From positions 4,836,001-4,900,000 of the forward strand of contig NC_081396.1 in NCBI RefSeq assembly GCF_030684315.1: a stretch of 64,000 bases of DNA, given 5' to 3'. The position numbers and the translations under genes were made by a program. This document shows, one piece after another, positions 14,075-26,638 of this stretch (position 1 is the first letter of the stretch; each line of letters opens with the position of its first letter). Source of the DNA: Stegostoma tigrinum (taxonomy: Eukaryota). The notes under the pieces are model-generated. The model made no database searches. It saw only the letters and a list, made by a program, of their open reading frames with translations, and was not told the DNA's origin.

Positions 14075-14406
14075 CGTTCAGCTCTAATTGCTCGAAACTG
14101 GATCAGTGTTTACTTTTAAAAATCTTCTAAACGTGCAGTGCGGTATTATTTCTGTGGAGTATTACTTAATTGTCACGGATAATTTGTAAAAACAAGATAA
14201 TTATCGATAACCAGGTGGTGATTTTGTCAATCAGTTCATGTATTATTCTGTGAAGTGTAAAACATTACAATCATTTATCAAAAATGAGCAGAATCCACTT
14301 GCACAATTTGAATGTAATGAAAGTTTGTTTGATTTTATTTTGCCATTGGTTATGAATACGTAAAATAATGACAGGGTTTTTTTTATTATTTGTTTTGAGC
14401 AGAGCC

Positions 14407-14445
14407 ACTTATTGCATAACCACATCCAGGGAATGTAACGTTGTG
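14407..14445 (-). other. 23-bp-spacer RSS of JH (degenerate)
   Basis: The + strand reads acttattgc - 23 nt - cgttgtg abutting J; on the - strand this is CACAACG (5/7) and GCAATAAGT (5/9). Confidence 0.7.
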
Positions 14446-14493
14446 ACTCTTTTGCTGACTGGGGACAGGGAACCATGGTGACCGTGAATTTAG
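14446..14493 (+). CDS. IGHJ: JH segment (SFADWGQGTMVTVNL)
   Basis: WGQG motif and phase-1 donor gtaag at 14494. Confidence 0.93.
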
Positions 14494-14929
14494 GTAAGAA
14501 GCCTGAACGTTCTTAGCAACCTGTAGATTTGTTTTAACCATCAACTGACTTGAGTAATTCATGAGTTAAATGAAACTCGGATTCTGGGCTGTGTTTAGTT
14601 TGGTTCCGATTGACTTTTCTGCAAAGTGATGACATTTGTATTAAACAGCCAAACAGTCTCTTCAATAATATGACGATCACACAATGTTTAATGCCAGTGA
14701 CACCCAATATCTGCGAGATAGTATCGACAACAAAGGTTAAGAATTTAAAGACATTAAAATATTACCAAACATTGACAAAATATGCTAAAATATTATTAAC
14801 AATTTCTTGAAAATAATCCACCTGCACATTATGTTCTTGCCATAATTGCATTTTGTGTTTCAGTTTGTTACTTTTGTTGATGACAAGAATGCTCGAATCT
14901 GTATTGAATTTTCCTTGTGGTGCCGCAGT

Positions 14930-15250
14930 TCATTCTGTTGATTTGAGGTGATTGGTTTGATTAACTGAAAGGATTCTCAATCATTTCAATCTGTTGCTTC
15001 AAGCTGACTGGATTCTGAGTTTGTTTTACTTGATTCTGTTGAATTAAGTTGTTTGGATTCTGTTTCTTGTTCATTTGAATCTGTTCTTTTGAGTAGATAG
15101 GATTCCAATTTTTCTTGACTTGACTCTGTTGAATTGAGTTGTTTGGATTTTCATCAACTTTGTCGAATCTAGTTGTGTTTTAATTGGGTTTCATGCTTTC
15201 TGGAATTCGTATTCTTTTTTTTACTTCTCTGTTGGTGAGGCTGTCGATCT
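14930..15250. repeat. Degenerate 45-bp tandem repeat (T/G-rich on +)
   Basis: The tctgtt anchor recurs at 14990, 15035, 15080 and 15125, each followed by a ggatt motif; alternate units are more alike (90-bp higher order). Confidence 0.75.
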
Positions 15251-15320
15251 GGATTATGGTTAATTATTAATATTTATTATTAAAGTTAATTATTAGTATT
15301 TGTAATTATTCATAAAATTT

Positions 15321-15640
15321 GGTGGCACGGTGGTTCAGTGGTTAGCACTGCAGCCTCACAGCACCAGGGACCGGCGTTCGATTCCAGCCTAGGGTCACTG
15401 TCTTTGTAGAATTTGTACATTCTCCCTGTGTCTGTGTGGGTTTCCTCCAGATGCTCTGGTTTCCTCCCACAGTCCAAAGATGTGCAGACTAGATGGATTG
15501 GCCATGCTAAATTGCCCATAGTGTTCAGGGGTGTGTGGGTTATAGGGGGATGGGTCTGGGTGGGATGCTTCAAGGGGAGGTGTGGACTTGTTAGGCCGAA
15601 GGACCTGTTTCCACATTGTAGGGAATCTAATCTAATCTAA
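15321..15640 (+). mobile_element. Shark tRNA-derived SINE (HE1-like), near full length
   Basis: ggtggcacggtggttcagtggttagc A box, gttcgattcc B box and an (aatct)n tail. Confidence 0.9.
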
Positions 15641-18600
15641 AAAAAATTTTGAAGTTCTTTGATTTCCCTGCATCGTTTCTGCATTTGTTGAACTCGATTG
15701 GCGACATTCAGTTTTCTGTTTTATTGAATACATTATATCTGTTTGCCATTGTCTGAAAACTGGCTTAAGGCAGAAATACGAAAGGTTTGAGGAATAAAAC
15801 AAAAAGCATTTGAGTGCATTGATTTTAATTTTTAAAAAGTTCATTCTAATAACAAAATAAGTAAAGTCTGTTCTTACTAGCCCCATTCAAAATACAAGTT
15901 GGGACTACCATCTCAAAATGCCTGTACGATCAGATTTCATAATGTACAAATATAATGTGGTAGAATGTGGAAAGTGAACTAATTTCGTTTTCACATGAAA
16001 GTGATGAATCAATATGTGAATCTGATTGATCGACTGTACATTGCTCACAATTGGCATTAACAGGAAAGATGTACAGGTTGGAAATAAATTGAATTGCTGC
16101 CAAAAGCGTGCTAAGATGTATGTGTTGTTAAATAAGTTACCTTTCAAATAAGTCTGCTGTTATGACTTCTTTTTTCTACATAATTTAATCATTAGCTTGT
16201 TTGATGGTGAGTAGTTTTGATGAATTCCTGTCCCTCAATGTTGTGACTTGGTGATTTTTGCTCTAGTGAGAAGAGAATACGTTTGGTGGGGGGGCATCAA
16301 AGTCGTCATATTTTTGAAGCAGTTTCTGGTTTCTACAACGTTTTAGCTCTGTTAACATAGTTGGTCACAGTTAAATGTTCTAGTTTTCTAATTGAATGCA
16401 AACAACATGCGAGTTGAAGTTTCCTAGAGCCTCATATTAGGAGAAAGGCACAGAGCAAAGGTTTGGAAATTAAGGGAAAACAGATAACCAAAAGAACAAT
16501 GTTTAACTATATGTAATAGTTGCTGATTAAACTTAATGTGAGACTTGCAATCAACTCTTTCAATCACAACATCTTTCTTTGTATAGTTAACAATTCACCG
16601 AGGAATATGAGTAGAATTTCAACAATATAATGTTCTAATTGTTCTTAATATTGAGCAAAAAAGCCACAACAGTGACCAAGAATCACCTTTCCACTCCATC
16701 ATATGTTTCAAACAAGTTTTCTGGATAGGAAATATCATTGTCAAAGGCTAATTAACAATTCTTCCGAAATACTTAGATGAAGAACAGACCTATTTCACTG
16801 CATTGATCAGTTTCACAAGTAACTTGAATTCATTAAATGTTATATCCTTGATTAAACTAGATTAGTGGGAAAAAAACTTTAACTGAGTGATTTATTCTGC
16901 ACAGTGTTCTATGTTTACTAGTCCATATGATTAAATGCATAGAATTTCACTTTACAACGTCACAGCAACTCAAATGTCACTCATTCGGAATCAACTGATG
17001 TAGTAGATTATGTGACCAAGGCTAGAGTTTGTATTAATTACAATTATCCAAGCGTGAACTCAGCATGTGAAAGCTTGCTGCCAATGCAGAAAATACCTTG
17101 TATGTAAATGTGTTCAGACATATGCAGAGTTTACAATTTTACAGAAGCACTAACTGGAAATGTTTCGAACATATTGCTTAGTTCAAACAATAAAATTGAG
17201 TAATATTTACTTTAATTAATGTATTTGACCAATTGTTGCAACTTGCCCATCTAAAGGATATTGTTCACATTAGTTCAATGTAACGATCATTTATTTCGTC
17301 ATCAGGTAAAGTAGACAACTCCTCGCAGAAACATGTTTTCAACTCATACATTTTAAAAATTTATCCTTCACTGAAAAACATCTCATAAGAAAATTAACTG
17401 GACATTGCAAAGCAACCCTAACAGTAAATACTTAGCCTCATTTATTCAACAGAAATTACTTTCTGGGCGTAATGCAAATTGGTTTTGTACAATTCGTGAA
17501 AAATCTCCAAATTTTTTTTAAAAACTGTTTTAAGACTATGCAAACTTAATTTCGACAATTATCCATTTCCTCTTGACCTTTGCTTAAATTGGTGAAATGT
17601 CCCACCTCAATCATTTAGTTTATCATAATGGCTGATGAAGTGTCTTACAGAAGTAGGTAGTCTCTGTTCAATGTGAAAGCATTCCCTTTCTCGTTCATAC
17701 TTATTCACTGACCAGTTTCTTTTTTTGAAAGTTAAATGAGAGTGAATCTGTAACATTTGATGTGACAGATTGAATAGATTTATTAACGAGAATCAAGACT
17801 GTCTCCCAGTTTGTGCCTGTGTTATTTCGGACTGCCTTGTCAACTGGTCTTAATCTTTGTAAATCATCCTGTTCGGTCTCCCGTGTCTGAAGCAGTTCGA
17901 TTTCACCTGGTGCTTCAAATATTCTTCCATCTGCCATTAATATAATATTTATTTTGCTCCTCAGAAACGAAAACCCTGACCAAATCGCTAAAATCAGAAT
18001 GAACAATTCAGAAATGAAAGGCAGACTGCAGATGTTTTGAAATCAGTTGTTAGCAATAATGCATCTGCCTTGGGAGTTTTTTCTTTGATTGAGTGAGACA
18101 GTGGAAATAGCATATTGTTTATTTTATTCCTCCCTCCGTTTTCCATGACATGTTTGGTGACACAATGTAGAATCAGAATTTATTGTTCATCTTAACATTG
18201 GAGAACCTGCCGTTGGCTGTTCATGTTACTGGTAAAGGTTAAATTATATTTCAAAAGATTTTACTGCATTTGCATTCTCGCGGATATTCTGCTGCAGCAA
18301 CACGCATGATTCTTTTGGAAAGGGACTTCCCCAGGCTTGAAATCGAATGACACCGATTTTATCGCCATAGAATTCCTAGTTTTATTCCATAGTAGTTCCT
18401 ATACAGTGTGCATACTTCAGGAGGACTATCAAAATGCGTTTGGATAATTCTTGAAATGTTCCTTCCACCGTGAAAAGACTCTGTAACTATCCTTGGTTGC
18501 TGAAAGGTGTTAATAGTTAACATGATTTATGTACTGTCAAATGTGTGTGCTGCATTGTCCTAGATAGTGTTGACCTGACGGTATTCTGGTCTCTTGTGGT

Positions 18601-19120
18601 GCAGTCATATTGTCCCTGACTTTGAGATATGTGGCCCATGTTCAATTCCAATGTGTGACAGAGGTGAATAAAACCATCTAAAAACAGGTTAATTGGAAAG
18701 AAAAAAAACTTCACTTTCTGTGGGTGTTGTTGGCATTCCAAAAATAGATGTCTGATTCAATAGCTAACTTAGAGAGTAGATGGAATTTGGTTGGGGGGAG
18801 TGAGAGGATTGGGCAGTTAGTTTTATTTTAAATACTAACAATGTTTGGTCATAGGATTTGGGCATCCGTTGTGGGGTTAATTCGGTTATGCCCCACAGAA
18901 ACTCCAGTTTTTGACTTGCTCTTCTATCAATAGCATGAATAACAATCCTCGTATTAATCGTCACTAAAGAATACTTCAGGTGACAATACTGAGCTTGTTT
19001 TATTTTATATCAAACGAGCATTGTGCCTGTTCAGGAGAGTTTGCTTCTTCAGGAAGATGAGGTTTCCACTGAATCCAACGCTTGCAGCAAATGGTGGCAG
19101 AAATTCAGTTATTCTTGAGT

Positions 19121-19940
19121 TTTATTTAAAAAATAAAGTCTTGTTGATTATTTGGAACAGTAGCATCGAAAACCTCCATTTAAGTGGCCAAGATAACGCC
19201 TACCCAATTACAGCAGCCACTACACTCTGGAGTGTTATTGTTACTTTTTGATATTATTTCTTCCGAAACTACAGCTCCGGGTTAGTTTAATAACTTTCAA
19301 TGATGACCTGATGTTAAGTATCACAGAATATTCTTAGTTTATTGTAACACATTTTCTCTATGAAAAACTCATATTGTTTCACTGACAACAGAGAATGCTC
19401 AGTTCAGCCAGTACCGACCCGAAGAACACTTTTTCCAGCAGAAGCCAAGCCAACACAATCAGAGTTGAACTCAATCAGTGTGAGTTTCCATGCCAGGAAA
19501 AATGAAAATAATTTGCTGAAGCGAGGTGTACTGGGCTCAAAAATCTTTCTTTGCATTCTCTCCTCAGGAGCTTCTGGACCTGCAGAGTGTCTTCAGAAAA
19601 TCGTTGTTTTTTTTTTTGCTTCAGCAGCCTTGCATTCACAGTTTGATTTTTTTTTCATTAAAAGCATTCTCTGTTGTCAGTGAAACAATATGAGTTTTTC
19701 ATAGAGAAAATGTGCTACAATAAACTAAGAATATTCTGTGATACTTAACATCAGGTCATCATTGAAAGTAATTAAACTAACCCGGAGCTGTAGTTTCAGG
19801 AGAAATAATATCAAAAAGTAACACTAACACTCCACAGTGTAGTGGCTGCTGTAATTGGGTAGGCGTTATCTTGGCCATTTAAATGGAGATTTTCAATGCT
19901 ACTGTTCCAAATAATCAACAAGACATTATTTTTAAACAAA
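19121..19940. repeat. Long inverted repeat: ~279-bp arms (19121-19399 / 19663-19940) around a 263-bp spacer
   Basis: The arms are reverse complements with only scattered mismatches, e.g. atattgtttcactgacaacagagaatgct vs agcattctctgttgtcagtgaaacaatat. Confidence 0.95.
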
Positions 19941-20919
19941 ATGTTTTGTAGCATTATTTCTTTGAAATATTTTAACAAAACTTATTACTGTCAATGATAA
20001 CCTAACGTACGACACAATGACAGGAGGACAGCGACAGATGTAGGGCAAACAAACCCTCGAACTCTTCCACCATTTGAGCAGATCTTGTTGGACCTATGTT
20101 CTAACTCCATATGCCTGTGTTTTGCCAAAAATCTTTATTCCTTTATTTCTTTATTCCAGGCAACAATAATATATGGTTACAATGCCAGAAATGAAGAAAC
20201 CTTCATCTCCATTAAAGAATGAAGAAACCGTTCCGTTAATTCTAATGAAGACATAGTGAAACCACACAGAAGGAAACTATTTAGTGCTTCATCCCTGAAA
20301 GGGGATTCAACAAGTCCCTCAAATATGTTTCAATCCTTACAATGGGTATTTGTGTCTCTAGGTAGACGTGGAAATATCAGAACTCTTACATCCCCTTGAG
20401 AAGTTTGTAGTCAGCAGCCTACTTGAATTGCTGCACGTCGTGTATCAATAGTACATCCGCAGCGCTGTTAGAAAGTGACCTCAATAACTGTGATTCTGAA
20501 ATAGGGAAGTATCAGAGAAATAGTTGCAAGTTAAATCAAGTGTGATTTAAAGGTAAACGTTCGGGTTAGGCACTTACTTGTGCGCCCTTGTCCTTAAAGG
20601 CAGAAGTTTTGAGATGTTCTGCCAAAAGAAGATGTGAGGATACTAATTAGGAGCCAATGAAGGCCTCTTGGCCGCTCTAGAATTCTATTCCATTCATGAG
20701 GTCATGATACTTCTTGTGCTCAACAGTCTTTCTAACTCCCTGTAAAATTTAAAATTGTTTATCGTTCGACAATAGCGTGGTGAACATCTGAAACTTTTCG
20801 CCACAGAAAGTGTTTGAGGCAAAAACATGAAATACTTTCAAGAAGGACTTTTTTTAAGAGACTAAGGAAACAGTGAGAATGAGCAAAGTGCAATATTCAA
20901 TAATGAAACTTGAAAACAT

Positions 20920-21840
20920 TGAACGGTGAGCAAGTTTGGGATGACAGCAAAATTAGTCATAAAGTGGACAGTGAAGAATATTTTCTAAAAGTTCAACGAG
21001 ATCTTTATCAGCAGCATCAATAGGCTGAAGAATGGCAGGCAGAAATTAACTTAGATGAATGTGTGGTGTTGTATTTTGATGAGACAAACCACCACATAAA
21101 TAATACAGTTAATAGTGGGGCACTGAGGACTGTTGTCGAACAGCAGCACCTAGGGGTTCAGGTATATCGTTCCTTGAAAGTGGTGCCACCAATGGAGTGG
21201 TGATGATGGTGCTTGACACGCTTGTGTTCATTGGTTAGAGTGTTGAGAATGAGAGTCGAAACATCAAGTTCCTGTGGTACCCGACATTCGTGAGGCCACT
21301 TTTGGAGTTCTGCGATTAAGTCTTGTTGCCCTGCTGCACGAAAAAAAAACTGTTATTTAAGAAAGCATACAGAAAAGATTTGCTGAATGTTACTTGAGGT
21401 TTTGAGTGATGGGAAGAAGTTGTTCACTCCGGACGTTTCATTTAATCCCTTGATTTTAGAAGAATAATTTGTGAGGTTATAGAGGTTTGTATAATCATGA
21501 GGGAAACAGACAAGTGTAAGAGCAAAGGTTTTCATTTTCTCCTATTGCAGAGAAGCTCAAAATGAGATGCCATAGTTTTAAGTAGGGAGAGAAAGTTTTA
21601 AAAGGGACCTGCAGGAAAGTTTTTCACGCAGAGGATGGTGAGCATATGGAAGGTACTGGCAGTGGAAGTGATAGATAAAGGTACAGTTACAACACTGAAA
21701 AAGCATCTCGACAAGTGCCTGAACAGCTTCAGAGACACAAGCATCAAATGCATGCAAATTGAATTACTTTAATTTGTGAATGCTCTCGGCATTGGTGACT
21801 TGGACTCGGTTTGTAAAATGTATGACTCTATAACTCTGTG
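20920..21840 (+). mobile_element. CR1 LINE 3' fragment
   Basis: Decayed RT C-terminus and 3' UTR, similar to 11030-11770 (caacgagatctttatcag..ggctgaagaatggcag; ttttcacgcagaggatggtg). Confidence 0.75.
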
Positions 21841-22899
21841 ACCCAATTGTGGAACTTGCTCTAAATTCGAAAGTGGTGAGCCACTGAAGGGATAGAGTGT
21901 GAGCTGATAGGTTTGAATGTGTTGAGTCGCTGCTGGATGAGCTGACACGCACGTAGGTTGGCAGTTTAGAATCCAGGCAAACGATTATGGTTACTAGAAA
22001 CTAGTTTGGTTCAGTAGCGGAAATCTTGTGGGTGTGCAAAGTGCCAGGCGGGTTAGTTGACAGGTCAGCAGAATGTGGGACTGTTTCAGTGGTAGATATT
22101 CAGAGGGGTGTTGTAGCAGTGGGCATCATGCACACTGCAAAGCTCGCAGTTTGACAAAGTGGCAGGTGGCAAACAACGGATGAGAAGAGAGATAGGATGC
22201 AATGTTCGCAGCTTGATTGTGTAAGATGAGAGTTAAATGATCGAGACCTTGAGATCATGCGTGGAGGAGTCGTGTCCTCACTATAGTAACAGGTACTGTC
22301 AGGGCCATTTACAAATGGACCATGCACAGAGTACCACGAGTGGAATTGATTGTAAGGAATCGACAGTACATGTCCAGCTGGAATAACGATTCTGTTGGAA
22401 TGCATGGTATTGTCATGTGAAGGAGTTCATGCATTCCGGAGTGAGAGGATGGGTCACAATGTGGGGTTTTTCAATGTCAGCGGAGGTTCAGGGCAGAGTG
22501 AGAGAGTGTGGTGACCAAACTGTGAAATTAAGAGATTTTGCGGTCAATTGGGTGTCAATTTGATAGTTCAAGCGCACTTTTTAACTACTTGAATCATTCC
22601 TGGGTAACTGTTGAGCAGTTAACCATAGTTCACCAAAGGCTCTGATCCTCAATGGAGGAACACATATTTTCAGAAGCCTCCAGAATTCAGATAATTGCCC
22701 ATTATCAGTTTGAACCTCGAGACAATTGGCATTCGGTCAACTGTGACACGGATTCTCACAGTTCTCATCCTCCACTCCTCTCTGCGCTGCTGCAGCGACC
22801 TTCTTCTGGGAGAAAAATATTCTGACTTGCATTGACAATGCAAAGTAAGTTTCACAGCGCACTTGTGCCAAATACATTCCGTCTGCCAGAAGACTGACT

Positions 22900-23600
22900 T
22901 TAAATATCTCTCTTCAGAATGTTATTATCATTGCTAAATGCTGTATCAACAAAATACTACAGTCTGTCATTTAAAAGAAATGAACATGAGTTACCATGCA
23001 AATGCTATGGCGACAAGAGCAAAACATATGCCAGGCATTTTCGTCAAGTAGTTCACTTGCTGTCTCCAAATGCCTGCTGGCCATCTACAGGGCAGTGGAT
23101 AGCAGCGTGATGGGATACTGTCCACTTACCTGGATGAGTGAAACTTCAATAACCCTGAATAAACTTGGCACCATTCAGCACAAAGGAATGCCCTCGTTTG
23201 GTATCCCATTTATCACGTGCAATACTCAATCCATTACTTCTGATGCAGTGGGACCATTGTGGGATCTCTGCAAGTTAGACAGTACAAACTCAGCTGGTTT
23301 TCTTCCCCAGCAGATTTTGAACCCACGACCTCTACCACCGTGAAGTATGAGGCAGCAAATGAAAGACAGCACAACCAACTGTACCTTGTTCTCTATGTTC
23401 AACGATATTGGTGCTTCTTCTCAGCTGGTCGCCCAAACATTCTATCACTCCCGTTCAGGCAATACTATTAGTATCTGATTTATAAGGTCTATAATGGTGG
23501 AAGAAAGCAACTCTCCTGCACGTGCCCATGGATAAATTGAAATGTGCAAAGAATGTGACTCTAGACAGCAACGCCGACATCACATGTACGAATGTAATCA
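22900..23600 (+). mobile_element. CR1/L2-clade LINE 3' fragment
   Basis: ORF 22996-23343 reads LLAIYRAVDSSVMGYCPLTWMS..TLNKLGTIQHK; same family as 4590-6050. Confidence 0.65.
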
Positions 23601-23896
23601 AGGAATGTCTGGGCCATTTTTTTTCCAAACTTGGCAGTTATTTGTCCTTCGTAGCTTGTTTTGTGATGCACATTGAAGTCACTACCCCGGGGGCAGATAC
23701 TGCCAACATTATATTCTCTACCTATTCCACCTGGCGTTCAAATTGGAAGAATATTGCATTATCAGTCAAGATTCTGTGACATGGCAGCATCAGACAACAG
23801 GAAGGCTGCTGCCTCATCCATTAACTTCCTTAATCCAAGACACTTAATGGAGTCAGGAGTCAATGTTGATCACTGTCATGTAACTCTACCCCAACT

Positions 23897-24635
23897 GGAT
23901 GTGAGTTTGCTCGCTGAGCAGGAAGGTTAGTTTTTAGACGTTTCGTCACCATTCTAGGTAACATCATCAGTGAGCCTCCGACGAAGCGCTGGTGTTATGT
24001 CCTGCTTTCTATTTATCTGGTTAGGTTTCCTTGGGTTGGTGACGTCATTTCCTGTTCTTTTTCTCAGGGGATGGTAGATTGGCTCCAAGTCAATGTGGTT
24101 GTTGATGGAATTCCGGTTGGAGTGCCATGCTTCTAGGAATCCTCGTGCATGTCTCTGTTTGGCTTGTCCTAGGATGGATGTGTTGTCCCAATCAAAGTGG
24201 TGTCCTTCCTTATCTGTATGTAAGGATATGAGTGATAGTGGGTCATGACATGACCCACTATCACTCATATCCTTACATACAGATAAGGAAGGACACCACT
24301 TTGATTGGGACAACACATCCATCCTAGGACAAGCCAAACAGAGACATGCACGAGAATTCCTTTAAGCATGGTATTCCGACCGGAATTCCATCAACAAACA
24401 CATTGACTTGGAGCCAATCTACCATCCCCTGAGAAAAAGAACAGGAAATGACATCACCAACCCAAGGAAACCTAACCAGATAAATAGAAAGCGGGACATA
24501 ACACCAGCGCTTCGTCGGCGGCTCACTGATGATGTTACCTAGAATGGTGACGAAACGTCTGAAAACTAACCTTCCAGCTCAGCGAGCAAACTCACATCCA
24601 GAACCTCAACCTGAGCTACAAATCTTCTCAAAACT
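23897..24635. mobile_element. Penelope-like element, truncated and inverted, forming a ~350-bp near-perfect palindrome
   Basis: Arms ~23897-24247 / 24249-24601 with a 1-nt centre. They encode GHHFDWDNTSILGQAKQRHAR..LEAWHS (GIY-YIG C-terminus). A 13-bp direct repeat ctctaccccaact flanks it (23884-23896, 24636-24648). Confidence 0.88.
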
Positions 24636-25069
24636 CTCTACCCCAACTATCCAGCAATCTCCTGCTACTTCAGATGGATCTGTGTGGCAGATGGAACAGG
24701 TTATCTTTTTTTAAAAAATGGTGAAACAAATAGATTTGCAAACATCTAATTTCCTTTCAGACAAATCACTTTTCTGTCATGTTAGAGTGGAATTAGTCAG
24801 AAAGCATTCAGTCCGAGTCTCACAATGCAGAAAGTCATAAAAGTGGCTTCATATTCTTACATAATATGTTTTTCTTTTATGATTGTTTCATTGTAATCTT
24901 GTAATAGGGATTACAGAGTCACTTTTCAAGTTTTGTCAATTTAAAAATCTTTGGGCGCGTGGGGAATCTGCTGTCGTATGAGATGGCAGTGGTCACTTAT
25001 AGTGAATCCGCTTACACAAGCACAGTCATAGAAAGGACAAGACCATTTATCTTTTACAGAGCTCTCTTG

Positions 25070-25236
25070 NNNNNNNNNNNNNNNNNNNNNNNNNNNNNNN
25101 NNNNNNNNNNNNNNNNNNNNNNNNNNNNNNNNNNNNNNNNNNNNNNNNNNNNNNNNNNNNNNNNNNNNNNNNNNNNNNNNNNNNNNNNNNNNNNNNNNNN
25201 NNNNNNNNNNNNNNNNNNNNNNNNNNNNNNNNNNNN
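25070..25236. other. Assembly gap (N run)
   Basis: Run of n. Confidence 1.
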
Positions 25237-25249
25237 GTGCAAGCGCGCG

Positions 25250-25250
25250 C

Positions 25251-25320
<70 letters not shown>
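25250..25320. repeat. (CA)n microsatellite
   Basis: Directly visible, adjacent to the gap. Confidence 0.98.
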
Positions 25321-25323
<3 letters not shown>

Positions 25324-25691
25324 TGTACAGTAATCAGAGTTCGGAGGAAGAATCGCGGGACTATAAAATTGAAGATATGTCTCCCTGGATGTTGCAAGAC
25401 CGGCTGAGTTTTTTTGAGACATTTCCCTTTTTGCTTTTCATTTCCAGTACCTGTCATGTTTTGGGTGTTATTTAATTGAACTCCCCCTCTATTCAGTTGT
25501 CATCCAACTGACATGTCGTTTTTGTTGTTGGAATAATCTCTTAAAACTGAATGTTCATGGGATCAGCGTGTTCTTATTCCTCAGTTATAACATAATAGTC
25601 AAAATATAAGGCGTGTTCCTGAAGATGAAAAAAAAAACAGATCATGATCAACAAATGATATAAACAAAAATAAGCTGAATTTATGCAGTTC

Positions 25692-26311
25692 AAGGGACCC
25701 AGTATCTCTTTCATCCTTGGGTGACTGTCTGTGCAGAATTTGCACATTCTCCCCGTGTATGTGTGTGTTTCTGTCGGGTGTTCCCATTTCCTCCCATAGC
25801 CCAAAATCTCCAGGTTAGCTGGAATGGCCATTCAATATTGCCCACTGTGCAAAGGGGTATGTATGTTCGATGGTTTAGCCATAAGAAATTCAGTGTTAAT
25901 GGGGAAGGGAATAGTTCCAGATGTGATAGTGTTCGGAGTGGCAGTGCGAACATGTTGGGCTGAACGCACTGTTTGCACACTATAAGGATTCTATGAATTA
26001 ACAGAATGGGCGGCACGGAGGCTCATGGTTAGCACTGCAGCCTCACAGCGCCAGGGACCCAGGTTCGATTCCAGCCTCGGGCAACTGTCTGTGTATTCTC
26101 CCTGTGTCCACATGGGTTTCCTCCGGGTGCGCCCGTTTCCTCCCACAGTGCAAACATGTGCAGGCTAGGTGGATTGAGCATGCTAAATTGCCTGTAGTGT
26201 TCAGGGGTGTGTGGGTTATACGGGGATGGGTCTGGGTGGGATGCGCCATAGGGCAGTGTGGACTTGTCTGGCTGAAGGACCTGTTTCCACAATGTAGGGA
26301 ATCTAAACTAA
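25692..26311 (+). mobile_element. Two tandem shark SINEs (old ~25692-25997, younger ~26008-26311) immediately 5' of Cmu1
   Basis: The second copy is close to 15321-15640 and its tail gggaatctaaactaa ends ~27 nt before the Cmu1 exon. Confidence 0.88.
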
Positions 26312-26338
26312 CTTGCTTAATGTGGCATTCTTTCCCAG

Positions 26339-26638
26339 TGACACCGTCTTCCCCGACACTTTACGGTCTATTCTCCTCCTGTCAGCAACACAACACTGAC
26401 GGCTCTGTGATTTTTGGTTGTTTGGTGATGGACTATTCCCCTGACGTCACCACTGTGACATGGAAGAAAGATGAGAAGCAGATCGCCACTGGATTTAAGA
26501 CATACCCATCAGTGAGAAACAAGAAGGGAACTTACACCCTGAACAGCCAGTTAGCCCTGACAAGATCAGATGCACATTGCGGAAAAGTCTACTGTGAGGT
26601 TCGACACAACGGGTCTGAAAAGAGCATTGGAATGCAAT
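26339..26638 (+). CDS. IGHM: IgM Cmu1 exon
   Basis: tttcccag acceptor and gtaagt donor, 300 nt. Reads [42 protein letters not shown], a C1-set domain with the putative L-chain-binding Cys. Confidence 0.95.

Noticed and set aside
14140-14200. Possible free D segment (tctgtg...cacggat) between VH and JH
   Set aside because: No properly spaced nonamers on either side.
17472-17479. ATGCAAAT octamer as an intronic enhancer
   Set aside because: The same 8-mer occurs several more times, including inside LINE fragments, in AT-rich DNA, and no supporting motif cluster was established.
26104-26338. N-terminal extension of the 193-aa ORF into Cmu1
   Set aside because: This is SINE sequence in frame by chance; the real exon starts at the 26339 acceptor.
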